From NCBI GenBank assembly GCA_030670545.1, contig DAOVBM010000003.1, positions 1,765 through 65,764 on the forward strand: 64,000 nucleotides of DNA, given 5' to 3'. The notes below the pieces were generated by a model, which was not told where the DNA came from, searched no databases, and worked only from the letters and a program-made list of their open reading frames with translations. Every line of letters begins with the position of its first letter. Position 1 is the stretch's first letter. Positions 52,173-61,231 of this stretch are shown here, one piece after another. This DNA is from Candidatus Woesearchaeota archaeon (GTDB lineage Archaea > Nanobdellota > Nanobdellia > Woesearchaeales > JAGLGH01). The translations under genes and the position numbers were made by a program.

Positions 52173-52218
52173 AGTAGAAGTTGATGCTAATAAGGGAACT
52201 GTTACAATTCTTAAATAA
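52173..52218 (+). repeat. orphan copy of the swivel-domain 3' end
   Basis: AGTAGAAGTTGATGCTAATAAGGGAACTGTTACAATTCTTAAATAA (VEVDANKGTVTILK*) matches 51141-51172 and 48003-48045. Confidence 0.85.
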
Positions 52219-52231
52219 GTTCTGCCATTTC

Positions 52232-52939
52232 TTATATCTCACCGACAGCAAACTCAAGCACAAGTTTCCCGCTCTCAATCTTATAATCTATAAGTTCAAG
52301 TGTTACAGGCAGCAGCTTGAAATAAGCCTTGTCTTCTCCGAATGCTTTTATCTCATAAGAACTCTCTAGCTTGTTTATTCTTATATTCTTAGGATCAGTT
52401 ATGCCTGGCATATCAAACTCGTATATTATCCTGTCTTTCAGCCTTCTTATGTTTGTCCCTTTTACTTCCTCGTATTTGACAGGCTTTTCAGGCATTATCT
52501 TCTCTTTCAGCTCTTCTATCTTGGTCACATTAATTTTTTTCTCTGGCTTAGCTTCCTTCTCTTTTAGAGCTTTCGGCTTTATCCCAAGCTTTTTCCATAT
52601 CTCAGGCTCATACTTCCTGAAATCTCCAAAAGTCTTTACTTTTACATCAGGCTTTCCATTGATATTTGTTATACTTATATCAATGCCGCTGAACTTTGTC
52701 TTTGGCTCTTTTTCAATATCTTCTAAGTCTATCTCCTGACCCCCAGAGAACTCATCAAAATCCTTGAATGTATCTGATACAGAATCAAACATATCAAAGA
52801 ATGGCATATAGCTCCTGAATCCAGGGGATATCTCTCTCCTTTCTTCAGCCTCTTTTTCCTGCTCTTCGCCGCAGAATGGGCAGAAGCTCCATTCTTTATC
52901 AATATCCAATTTGCAGTTATCGCATTTTTTAATTGGCAT
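52232..52939 (-). CDS. zinc-ribbon + Hsp20/alpha-crystallin-like protein
   Basis: CDNC...WSFCPFCG; C-terminal YEFDMPGI...YEIKA...YFKLLP. Confidence 0.75.
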   Translation of the reverse strand: MPIKKCDNCKLDIDKEWSFCPFCGEEQEKEAEERREISPGFRSYMPFFDMFDSVSDTFKDFDEFSGGQEIDLEDIEKEPKTKFSGIDISITNINGKPDVKVKTFGDFRKYEPEIWKKLGIKPKALKEKEAKPEKKINVTKIEELKEKIMPEKPVKYEEVKGTNIRRLKDRIIYEFDMPGITDPKNIRINKLESSYEIKAFGEDKAYFKLLPVTLELIDYKIESGKLVLEFAVGEI

Positions 52940-52990
52940 TTTGGAGCATAAATTAACTATCATTTAAATATTTAAAGTTTAAGAATTCAC

Positions 52991-54076
52991 TTAGTTATGC
53001 TTGTACTCATTATTAAGATACTTTGCAAGCCTTTTCAGCCCTTCTTCAATCTTACTGATATCAAGGGCATAACTGAACCTTACTCTCTTTGGATCGCCAA
53101 ACCATGCACCGTCATATACAATTGTGTTGTATTTGTAATAAAGGTCATTTACAACCTTGTTGGGATTCTTCATCTTGGGAAACACATAAAATGCTCCTTC
53201 AGGCTTCCATAGATCCAGATCAAGCTTTTTTAAGCCGTCATAAATCATATCCCTACGCTCTTCCCATATCTTTCTCTGATTCTCAATAAACTCTTTTGGG
53301 ACTGTTGTAGCTTCATGCGCCATCTCCTGGCCAAGAATGTTTGTGTTCATTGATGTATGAGTCTTGATTCCAATAATTTTGTCAATCAGCAATTTTTGCC
53401 TTGCATAAACATATCCTATCCTAAATCCGCACATAGCATAGGTTTTAGAGAATGAATTCAATGTAAGGACATGATCCCCTTTTATCAGGTAATTCTCCCT
53501 CCCATAAATCAGGTCTTTATAAACTTCGTCAGATATTACATAGACTCCATTGTCATGCGTCAATTTCTCAATCTTCTGCAATACATCCAGATCCTGTACG
53601 CTTCCTGTAGGATTCCCTGGGGAATTAATGACTATTGCCCTGTAACCTTTTGTATTTTGCTTTTCACTGATAATCTTTTCTTCAAGATTTTCATAATCAA
53701 TCTTACCCTCTACAAGGTCATAATACTCAGGAATCATATGCGCAAATTTAACATTAAAAGGATAAGAATAATAATAAGGCTTAGGCAATAATATTTTCCC
53801 TCCTGGCTCATATAATGCCCTTAATGAGAGATCCAGCGCTTCAGAAGCGCCGTTTGTTATAATAAAACTATCTGCTGTAGCATTATGATATTGTTCTGAA
53901 AGCGCTTCTCTCAGGTTTTCCTGGCCCTGGATAAGGCCGTATTTAAATGCTCTATATTCAGGCAGTATCTTATAAACTTCCTCAGGGGGGGGCATATCAG
54001 GCTGGCCTGAGCCAAAAGATATTATACCATTTCCTTCCTGTCCAATAAATATAGATGGGCTTGTTATTTTTTCCAT
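52991..54076 (-). CDS. PLP-dependent aminotransferase class I/II
   Basis: GQPD, TNGASEA, NSPGNPTG, ISDEVY, SFSKTYAMCGFRIG. Confidence 0.93.
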   Translation of the reverse strand: MEKITSPSIFIGQEGNGIISFGSGQPDMPPPEEVYKILPEYRAFKYGLIQGQENLREALSEQYHNATADSFIITNGASEALDLSLRALYEPGGKILLPKPYYYSYPFNVKFAHMIPEYYDLVEGKIDYENLEEKIISEKQNTKGYRAIVINSPGNPTGSVQDLDVLQKIEKLTHDNGVYVISDEVYKDLIYGRENYLIKGDHVLTLNSFSKTYAMCGFRIGYVYARQKLLIDKIIGIKTHTSMNTNILGQEMAHEATTVPKEFIENQRKIWEERRDMIYDGLKKLDLDLWKPEGAFYVFPKMKNPNKVVNDLYYKYNTIVYDGAWFGDPKRVRFSYALDISKIEEGLKRLAKYLNNEYKHN

Positions 54077-54091
54077 GTAAAATCACCGTTC

Positions 54092-55870
54092 CTATTTGGT
54101 TTTTTTAACTATATCAAGCTTGATATGCAGATCTTTCAGCTGCTCTGTTGTTATTTCTGAAGGGCTTCCATCCATGGGGCACTGCGCAGCCTTATTCTTA
54201 GGGAAAGGCATGACTTCTCTTATGTCATTGAATCCGCAAAGTATCGCAACAAGCCTTTCAAAGCCAATAGCAAACCCACCGTGCGGAGGCGCTCCATACT
54301 TAAATGCTTCAAGAAGGAACCCAAATCTTTCCTCAGCATCTTTCTTAGGGAATCCTACAATATTCATTATCCGTTCCTGGAGTTTTATATTATTGCATCT
54401 TATTGACCCTGAAGCAAGTTCGACTCCATTTAGCACAAGATCATAGCATTGGGCAATGACATTCTCTGGCTCAGATTCAAGAATATCCCAGTGTTCTTTT
54501 TTCGGCATTGTGAACATATGATGGGCTGGAGCCCATTCATTTTTATCATCATTCCATTCAAACAACGGGAAATCAACAACCCAAAGGAAATTGAATTCAC
54601 ATTTGTCATAAAGCTCAAGGTCTGCTCCAAGCTTATTCCTAAGCTTTGATATTATCTCATTGCATTTCGCAGGCTTATCAGCTACAAACATAAGGACGCT
54701 TCCTTGCTTTGCGCCTGTCTTTTCAATAAGCCTTTTCTGGACATCTTCATTAAAATATTTTGCAATATTACTCTCAAGCCCTTTTTCTGTCATGCGCATC
54801 CACGCCATCCCTTTTGAACCAGCCTCCTGGCAGAATGAGATATATCTGTCAATCTCTTTCCTGCTTATATCTTTTTCAGGGTTTATGCATTTCACTATGC
54901 CGCCTGATTCCACAACTGACTTGAACACTCCAAAGTCAGAATCCTTTACTATTTCGCTCACATCCGCAAGCTCAAGGCTGAATCTCATGTCTGGCTTGTC
55001 GCAGCCATATTTGTCCATAGATTCTTTGTATGTTATTCTTTTGAAAGGCGTATTGATATCGGTTTTTGTAGTTTCTTTCATAATCCTTTTTATGCAGCCT
55101 TCAACCACTTCAAAAATATCATCTTCTTCAACAAAAGACATCTCTACATCTATCTGCGTAAACTCTGGTTGCCTGTCATGCCTCAGGTCTTCGTCTCTCA
55201 GGCAGATAGGGAACTGGAAATACCTGTCAAACCCTGCTACCATCAACAGCTGCTTGTACAGCTGAGGCGACTGCGGTAAAGCATAGAACTTTCCAGGATT
55301 TACTCTTGAAGGAACTACATAATCCCTTGCGCCTTCAGGAGTTGATTTTACAAGCAGTGGTGTCTGAATCTCAATAAAATCATTTTCGCAAAAGAAATTT
55401 CTTGCAGCCTGCATTGCTATATGCTTTTTCATCATGTGCTGCTGCATCATTGGTCTTCGCAAGTCAAGATACCTATACTTGAGCCTTATATCTTCATTCA
55501 ACTCAACCCTGTCCTCTATTTCAATAGGAGGGGTCTCTGATTTATTAAGAATATCAATCTCATCAATGAATACTTCTATTTCCCCTGTCTTTAGATTAGG
55601 GTTGCGCATGCCTTCTTTTCTTGGTTTGACTGTCCCTTTTATCCTGATTACATCTTCTCTTCTCAGGCTTTCTGCTGTCTTTAATGCTTCTTTTGAGACA
55701 TCAGGGTCAAATACTATTTGGGTTATCCCATATCTATCCCTGAGGTCAATAAAGATTATCCCCCCATGGTCTCTTCTTGTGGAAACCCAGCCACAAAGGC
55801 ATACTTCACTATCCAGATTCTTTTTTGTAAGCTCACCGCATGTATGTGTCCTTAATTTTGTACTAAGCAT
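54092..55870 (-). CDS. aspS: aspartate-tRNA ligase, bacterial type, probably non-discriminating
   Basis: LRTHTCGEL, RRDHGG, STPEGARDY, LPQSPQ, RDEDLR.DRQPEFTQ, GAD insertion, GAPPHGG. Confidence 0.96.
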   Translation of the reverse strand: MLSTKLRTHTCGELTKKNLDSEVCLCGWVSTRRDHGGIIFIDLRDRYGITQIVFDPDVSKEALKTAESLRREDVIRIKGTVKPRKEGMRNPNLKTGEIEVFIDEIDILNKSETPPIEIEDRVELNEDIRLKYRYLDLRRPMMQQHMMKKHIAMQAARNFFCENDFIEIQTPLLVKSTPEGARDYVVPSRVNPGKFYALPQSPQLYKQLLMVAGFDRYFQFPICLRDEDLRHDRQPEFTQIDVEMSFVEEDDIFEVVEGCIKRIMKETTKTDINTPFKRITYKESMDKYGCDKPDMRFSLELADVSEIVKDSDFGVFKSVVESGGIVKCINPEKDISRKEIDRYISFCQEAGSKGMAWMRMTEKGLESNIAKYFNEDVQKRLIEKTGAKQGSVLMFVADKPAKCNEIISKLRNKLGADLELYDKCEFNFLWVVDFPLFEWNDDKNEWAPAHHMFTMPKKEHWDILESEPENVIAQCYDLVLNGVELASGSIRCNNIKLQERIMNIVGFPKKDAEERFGFLLEAFKYGAPPHGGFAIGFERLVAILCGFNDIREVMPFPKNKAAQCPMDGSPSEITTEQLKDLHIKLDIVKKTK

Positions 55871-55948
55871 AATAACCCCCCTAATCCCTCTATGAATATG
55901 TTAATCTTTAAAGAAAGAAGGAGTATATTTAAAGGTTATTATTTTTTT

Positions 55949-56380
55949 GTATCTATTTAATCATATATAAAGGAGCACAAGCATCTTCAAATCTTGATGA
56001 GCGTAGCTCATTAAGTCTTGAGGAGTAAAACTCCTTAAGAACTTAGAAAGCTATGCTTTCCAAGTAAGTTAGAGAGCTTTGCTCTCCAAGTACTCCAGAT
56101 GTGTTTTTCGAAGGCTCTGTGTTCCCGGATGGAGCGACCCCTCACGACGAGCAGGATGTCATAGAAATCCTAAACTCCGACTTGCCCAGCCCTAAAGGAC
56201 TGGGCTTGCGCCGGATTTTCGAGACGGATTTCTAGGACACAAAATAAAGCAGGAATCAAAAATGCAATAGCATTCATCCTCGCCCTAAAGGGCAAGGCTT
56301 TCTGCTTTTTTTCGTGTAAAGATAGAATGAGTTTTGACCTGATGATGCTACTGCTTTTTTATATGCGACTTATTACATAC
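55949..56380 (+). mobile_element. MITE-like element family A, copy 6 (432 bp, nested composite)
   Basis: family core; right end GACTTATTACATAC, degenerate left end GTATCTATTTAATC; carries a four-hairpin insert and a family C element. Confidence 0.8.
56158..56320 (-). mobile_element. non-autonomous IS200/IS605-like hairpin element family C, copy 2 (nested in family A copy 6)
   Basis: reverse-complement match to 42831-42992; absent from the equivalent site of copy 2. Confidence 0.75.
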
Positions 56381-59263
56381 TATTTTTGGCCTGAACCTTC
56401 TCAAGAGCAAAGAATTATATATTACGCTTACAGAGCTGAATGCCATAGCAGCGCCTGCTATTATTGGGCTGAGCAGCCAGCCTGTAAATGGGTACATTAT
56501 CCCTGCTGCAACAGGAATGCCTATCATGTTGTAGAGGAATGCCCATGCAAGATTTTGTTTTATCTTTCTCATACATACCTTGCTCAACTGAATTGCGGTT
56601 ATAAGGCCGCGAAGGTCATCTTTCATAAGCACAATATCCCCTGATTCAATAGCTATATCTGTGCCCGAGCCTATTGCTATCCCAAGGTCAGACTGCACAA
56701 GCGCAGGAGCATCATTTATCCCGTCTCCTACCATAGCCACTTTTTTGCCTCTCTGCTGCAGCTTTCTGATCTCTTTTGCCTTGTCTTTTGGCATGACTTC
56801 TGCAAGCACATTGTCGATATTGAGCCAGCTGGCGATTGACTCTGCAGATTTTATATTATCGCCTGTTATCATGATGACTTGCTTTTTCATTCTGTGCAGC
56901 GCTTCTACAGCCTCCTTTGAATACGGCTTCAGTTTGTCTGCAAAAGCTATTATGCCTACAACTTTTTTTCCTGCTGCAATTATTATCACAGATTTTCCCT
57001 GGCTCTCGAGATTCTCAAAATCAGATTCTATCTTCTTCAGGCTTATGCCCCTGGACTGCATTAGTTTTTTCTTGCCAATGATTACCTTTGCTCTTTTTAT
57101 TCTTGCTTCCACACCAAAGCCTGGAAGTGGCTTAAATGATGACGGGTCTGCAATCTTTATATCTTCTATCTTTGCAGCATGCACCAATGCTCTCGCAAGA
57201 GGATGCTCAGACCGCTTTTCAGCGATTGCAGCAATCTTCAGTATATCCTTTCTTTTATATTTTCCATAAGGGATTATGTCTGTCACTTCAGGCTTCCCGC
57301 TTGTCACTGTCCCTGTTTTGTCAAGGACAATAGTATCTATCTCCTGCGCCTTTTGTATGATATCAGTGCCTTTGAACAATATGCCTTGCTTTGCTCCTAT
57401 ACCTGCAGCTACCATAACTGCTGTAGGTGTTGCCAACCCAAGAGCGCAGGGGCATGATATTATAAGAACTGATATAGCTATTATCAGCGCAAACCCTAAT
57501 CCATATCCTGCTACAAGCCATATTATCAATGAAGCAATTGAAATAAGCAGGACAACAGGCACAAATACAGCAGATATCCTGTCAGCAAGCTTTTCTATAG
57601 GTGCTTTGCGCGCATATGACTGCATGACAAGATGCACTATTTGCATCAGGGTTGTATTCCCTCCTACTTTTTCAGCCCTGAAATTGAATGCTCCTGCTTT
57701 GTTTATTGTACCTCCTATTACCCTATCGCCTTCTTCCTTGTCTACAGGCATCCATTCTCCTGTTATCATTGATTCATCAACACTGGAGAAACCTCCGACT
57801 ATTATGCCGTCAACAGGGATTCTTTCACCAGGTTTTATATTGATTATGTCCCCGACCTTTACTTTTTCTATAGGCACGACTTTCTCCTGCCTGTCAACGA
57901 TGATTGTAGCCTTTGCTGGCTTTAGTTTTATCAGGCTTTTTACAGCTGAGATAACTCTCCTATGCGCTTTTGCTTCAAAATAATTGCCAAGAAGTATGAA
58001 AGCTATAAGCAGTCCTGCAACTTCATAATAAAGCTGGCTCCTGAAAGCATCTTTTCCCATTATGATCATGGCTGAAGAGAATAGGCTGTATAGATATGCA
58101 GATCCAGTGCCAAGCGCTATAAGTGTATACATGTTCAGCTTCCTGTTTATAATAGATCTTATTCCCTTGATATAAAACCTGTATCCAATTGCAACAATAG
58201 GCATCGCAAGCAGGAACTGGAATATTCCTATATATTTCTCTATCAGATATGTTATTGGCAGCCCTATATGAGGTCCCATTGATATGTATAAAAGCGGTAT
58301 TGCAAATATGAATGCGAATATTGTCTTTATCCTCAGCCTTTCCATCTCTTCTGTGGGCTCTTCAGGCTCTTCTTTTTCAGGCTTTATTTCAGGAATTTCT
58401 TCTTGAATCTGTTCTGGAATAACTGCTTTATCAAGATGCACTTCTTTAGGAAGTTCAGGTTTTTCCTGCTTGGCTTCAGGTTTTTTAGCTGCTTTCTTTC
58501 TCTTTTGTTTTTTTCTTTCTTTAATTGTCTTAGAAATAGATATTATGATTTTTTCAAATCTTTTTGCTTGCGCCTGAAATCCTATCTCTTTTTTCTCTTT
58601 TGGTTTTTTTTCTTCTTTAATCTTTTTAGTTTCAGTCTTTTTCTTTTTTAGCTCTTCTTCCTTTCTTCTTTTCTCTTTCTCAATCTCTGCTTTTTTCTTT
58701 TCCTTTTCTTTTTTGATTATCTCCTCTTTTCTTCTTTTCTCTTTTTCTTTCTCCTTTTGTTTCTTTTTCTCTTCCCTGTGTTTAAGATATGATTCTATAC
58801 CACCTTTGAATGCTTCTGCAATGCCTGTTCTTTTTCTTTCTTCTTTTATCTTCTTTTTTAACTTCTCAACCCTTTCCTTCTCTTTTGCAAGTTTTCTCTC
58901 AATTTTACGCTTCTTTTTCTCTTCTTCTTTTCTTATTGCTTCTTCCTTTCTTCTATTTTCTTCCTCTTTTTGTTTTACAATTTCCTCTTTCTCTTTTTCA
59001 GGCGCTTCTTCTTTCTCATCTTTTTTTTCTTCTATAACATCCTCTCCAGGTTTCCTGTATGTTCCAGTAATATGACCTGCTTTAAGGAAAGCTATCTTTA
59101 CCCTATGCTCGCTTATTATATCTTCATCAAATCTCACAATTGCAATAGAAGTATTGAAATTAATGTTTACGCTTTTTATACCTTTTTCGCGCTTTACAGC
59201 CTTTTTTAGAGTTTTGGCTGTATGTTTTGAATCCAGCGCATATACTTTTAAATAGACTTTCAT
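56348..59263 (-). CDS. copA: heavy-metal (Cu+-type) P1B ATPase with long charged N-terminal insert
   Basis: ISCPCALGLATP, DKTGT, SEHPLA, TGDN, GDGINDAP, AFLYN, MAFSS. Confidence 0.9.
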   Translation of the reverse strand: MKVYLKVYALDSKHTAKTLKKAVKREKGIKSVNINFNTSIAIVRFDEDIISEHRVKIAFLKAGHITGTYRKPGEDVIEEKKDEKEEAPEKEKEEIVKQKEEENRRKEEAIRKEEEKKKRKIERKLAKEKERVEKLKKKIKEERKRTGIAEAFKGGIESYLKHREEKKKQKEKEKEKRRKEEIIKKEKEKKKAEIEKEKRRKEEELKKKKTETKKIKEEKKPKEKKEIGFQAQAKRFEKIIISISKTIKERKKQKRKKAAKKPEAKQEKPELPKEVHLDKAVIPEQIQEEIPEIKPEKEEPEEPTEEMERLRIKTIFAFIFAIPLLYISMGPHIGLPITYLIEKYIGIFQFLLAMPIVAIGYRFYIKGIRSIINRKLNMYTLIALGTGSAYLYSLFSSAMIIMGKDAFRSQLYYEVAGLLIAFILLGNYFEAKAHRRVISAVKSLIKLKPAKATIIVDRQEKVVPIEKVKVGDIINIKPGERIPVDGIIVGGFSSVDESMITGEWMPVDKEEGDRVIGGTINKAGAFNFRAEKVGGNTTLMQIVHLVMQSYARKAPIEKLADRISAVFVPVVLLISIASLIIWLVAGYGLGFALIIAISVLIISCPCALGLATPTAVMVAAGIGAKQGILFKGTDIIQKAQEIDTIVLDKTGTVTSGKPEVTDIIPYGKYKRKDILKIAAIAEKRSEHPLARALVHAAKIEDIKIADPSSFKPLPGFGVEARIKRAKVIIGKKKLMQSRGISLKKIESDFENLESQGKSVIIIAAGKKVVGIIAFADKLKPYSKEAVEALHRMKKQVIMITGDNIKSAESIASWLNIDNVLAEVMPKDKAKEIRKLQQRGKKVAMVGDGINDAPALVQSDLGIAIGSGTDIAIESGDIVLMKDDLRGLITAIQLSKVCMRKIKQNLAWAFLYNMIGIPVAAGIMYPFTGWLLSPIIAGAAMAFSSVSVIYNSLLLRRFRPKIVCNKSHIKKQ

Positions 59264-59380
59264 ATAGTTAAAACACCCATCCCCTATTTAAATGCCTGAG
59301 GTATTTTTAAATAGTTTTGTTTTCTCTATAGAATGATAACAAGAGAAATGTTTATAAAGCTCTTTTCAACTCTGTACTAT

Positions 59381-59980
59381 ATGGGAAAGCTAACAACACC
59401 TAAGTATCCACACTCCCCAGTATATATGGATACACAAACTGCAGAATTCATAGAATCTCTTGAAGACAGGTTGCATCGTATTGATGCTATTAGAGTTGAT
59501 GACAATTCTATTTCAGTCCTTGGATCTGACACTCTAAATAGTTTATATTATGAGATTATAAAACGTAAATTATCCAGTCAAGAAAGTGATTTTTCTTTTA
59601 AGGATATAGATATAGCCAGTACATGTCTTGCTAAGGTCTGTACTTTAGGTCTTTATGCATTGACTAAAGGTGTGCGAAACAGAAAAAAACAAAGAGAAAT
59701 GTATTACCAGAAGATTGAGCAATATAAAAAAACAAATAAGGAGGAGGGGGAGGATAAGCTTAAACATCTCATGATTTATCAGGGAAACATTACAGAAGTA
59801 GAAGAAGAATTAGGACCTCTTAAAAGGGTAGATACAGGAAACGTAGAGACCTTTTTGAGTGAGGAGAGTAGACTCTTGCTGAGAATAAAAGCATATCAAT
59901 TGAAAGCAGACGCAATTGTTCATTATGTGAAAGAGAATGACTATTGTTATACAGGCACTCCAGTAAAGAAGAAAAATTAA
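59381..59980 (+). CDS. hypothetical protein, tandem paralog 1 (YbjQ-like C-terminus)
   Basis: 199 aa from ATG 59381, aligns with the next two genes; AYQLKADAIVHY...GTPV. Confidence 0.8.
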   Translation: MGKLTTPKYPHSPVYMDTQTAEFIESLEDRLHRIDAIRVDDNSISVLGSDTLNSLYYEIIKRKLSSQESDFSFKDIDIASTCLAKVCTLGLYALTKGVRNRKKQREMYYQKIEQYKKTNKEEGEDKLKHLMIYQGNITEVEEELGPLKRVDTGNVETFLSEESRLLLRIKAYQLKADAIVHYVKENDYCYTGTPVKKKN

Positions 59981-60004
59981 ATTTCCAAGCAATTTGTAAA
60001 AAAA

Positions 60005-60604
60005 ATGGGAAAGCTAGCAATACCAGATTCACTATTCATTCCACTAGGAATGAAGCAGGATGTAGTGAAATTTGTTGAATCTCTTGAAGACAGGCTTAGT
60101 TCTATTAATGCTGCCAAGATTGAATCTGATAAGATTTATGTCCTTGGATACAATCTGCAGACTCATTTCTATTATGAGATTATAAAAGATGTTTTATCAG
60201 GAGAAGAAAGTGAGTTCTCTTTTAAGAATCCTGATCTTAATAGTACAATGCTTGCTAAGTTATTTACTTTAGGTCTTTACGCATTGACTAAAAGTGTGCA
60301 AAACAGAAAAATGCAAGAGACTATGTTTTACCAGAAAGTGAACCAATATCATGAAGCAAATAATAACCAGATTGAGGATATGGTCAAGCATATTAGGGTT
60401 TATCAGGGAGACATTGCAGAAGCAGAAAAAGTATTAGGTCATCTTGAAAGAGTAGACACAAGAAGCGCAGAGAGATTCTTGAAAAAGGATGGTCCTTTAA
60501 GTCTAAGAATAGAAGCATATCAATTGGGAGCAGATGCGATTGTTCATTATGGGGAAACGTCAGATTCATGCATTGGAACTCCTGTTAGAAAAAAGAAAGA
60601 TTAA
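60005..60604 (+). CDS. hypothetical protein, tandem paralog 2
   Basis: 199 aa; AYQLGADAIVHY...GTPV. Confidence 0.82.
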   Translation: MGKLAIPDSLFIPLGMKQDVVKFVESLEDRLSSINAAKIESDKIYVLGYNLQTHFYYEIIKDVLSGEESEFSFKNPDLNSTMLAKLFTLGLYALTKSVQNRKMQETMFYQKVNQYHEANNNQIEDMVKHIRVYQGDIAEAEKVLGHLERVDTRSAERFLKKDGPLSLRIEAYQLGADAIVHYGETSDSCIGTPVRKKKD

Positions 60605-60628
60605 ATTTCCAAGCAATTTGTAAAAAAA

Positions 60629-61228
60629 ATGGGAAAGCTAACAATACCAGATTCACAACCAATTCCACCAGGAATTAAGCAGGAGGTAGAGAAATTTGTT
60701 GAATCTCTTGAAGACAGGATTAGTTATATTAATGCTGTCAAGATTGAATCTGATCAGATTTATGTGCTCGGATACAATCTGCAGACTCATTTCTATTATG
60801 AGATTATAAAAGATGTTTTATCAGGAGAAGAAAGTGAGTTCTCTTTTAAGAATATAAATGTAGCCAGTACATCTCTTGCCAAGCTTTGCACTTTAGGTCT
60901 TTATGCATTGACTAAAGGTGTGCAAAACAGAAAGAAACAAAGAAAAATGTATTATCAGAAAGTGAAGCAATATGATGAAGCAAATAATAACCGGATTGAG
61001 AATATGGTCAAGAATATCAGGGTTTATCAGGGAGATATTGCAGAAGCAGAAAAAGAATTAGGCCCTCTTGAAAGAGCAGACACCGGAAGCGCAGAGAGAT
61101 TCTTGAAAAAGAATAATATTTTAAATCTAAGAATCAGAGCATATCAATTGGGAGCCGATGCGATTGTTCATTATGTGGAAACGTCAGGGTCGTGCATTGG
61201 AACTCCTATTAGAAAGAAGAAAGATTAA
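60629..61228 (+). CDS. hypothetical protein, tandem paralog 3
   Basis: 199 aa; AYQLGADAIVHY...GTPI. Confidence 0.82.
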   Translation: MGKLTIPDSQPIPPGIKQEVEKFVESLEDRISYINAVKIESDQIYVLGYNLQTHFYYEIIKDVLSGEESEFSFKNINVASTSLAKLCTLGLYALTKGVQNRKKQRKMYYQKVKQYDEANNNRIENMVKNIRVYQGDIAEAEKELGPLERADTGSAERFLKKNNILNLRIRAYQLGADAIVHYVETSGSCIGTPIRKKKD

Positions 61229-61231
61229 ATT

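Noticed and set aside
51940-52218. 92-aa ORF ending in a swivel-domain tail
   Set aside because: Only the last 14 codons are homologous; the rest overlaps the phosphatase gene in another frame. Treated as a recombination scar, not a gene.
56327-59209. Several long plus-strand ORFs (e.g. 56661-57269, 57276-57983)
   Set aside because: Antisense shadows of copA; similar shadow ORFs opposite gatE, gyrB, aspS and fusA were also ignored.
59381-61228. Paralog trio as a diversity-generating retroelement target/template set
   Set aside because: All three are intact ORFs, differences are not evidently adenine-specific, and no reverse transcriptase is in the window.
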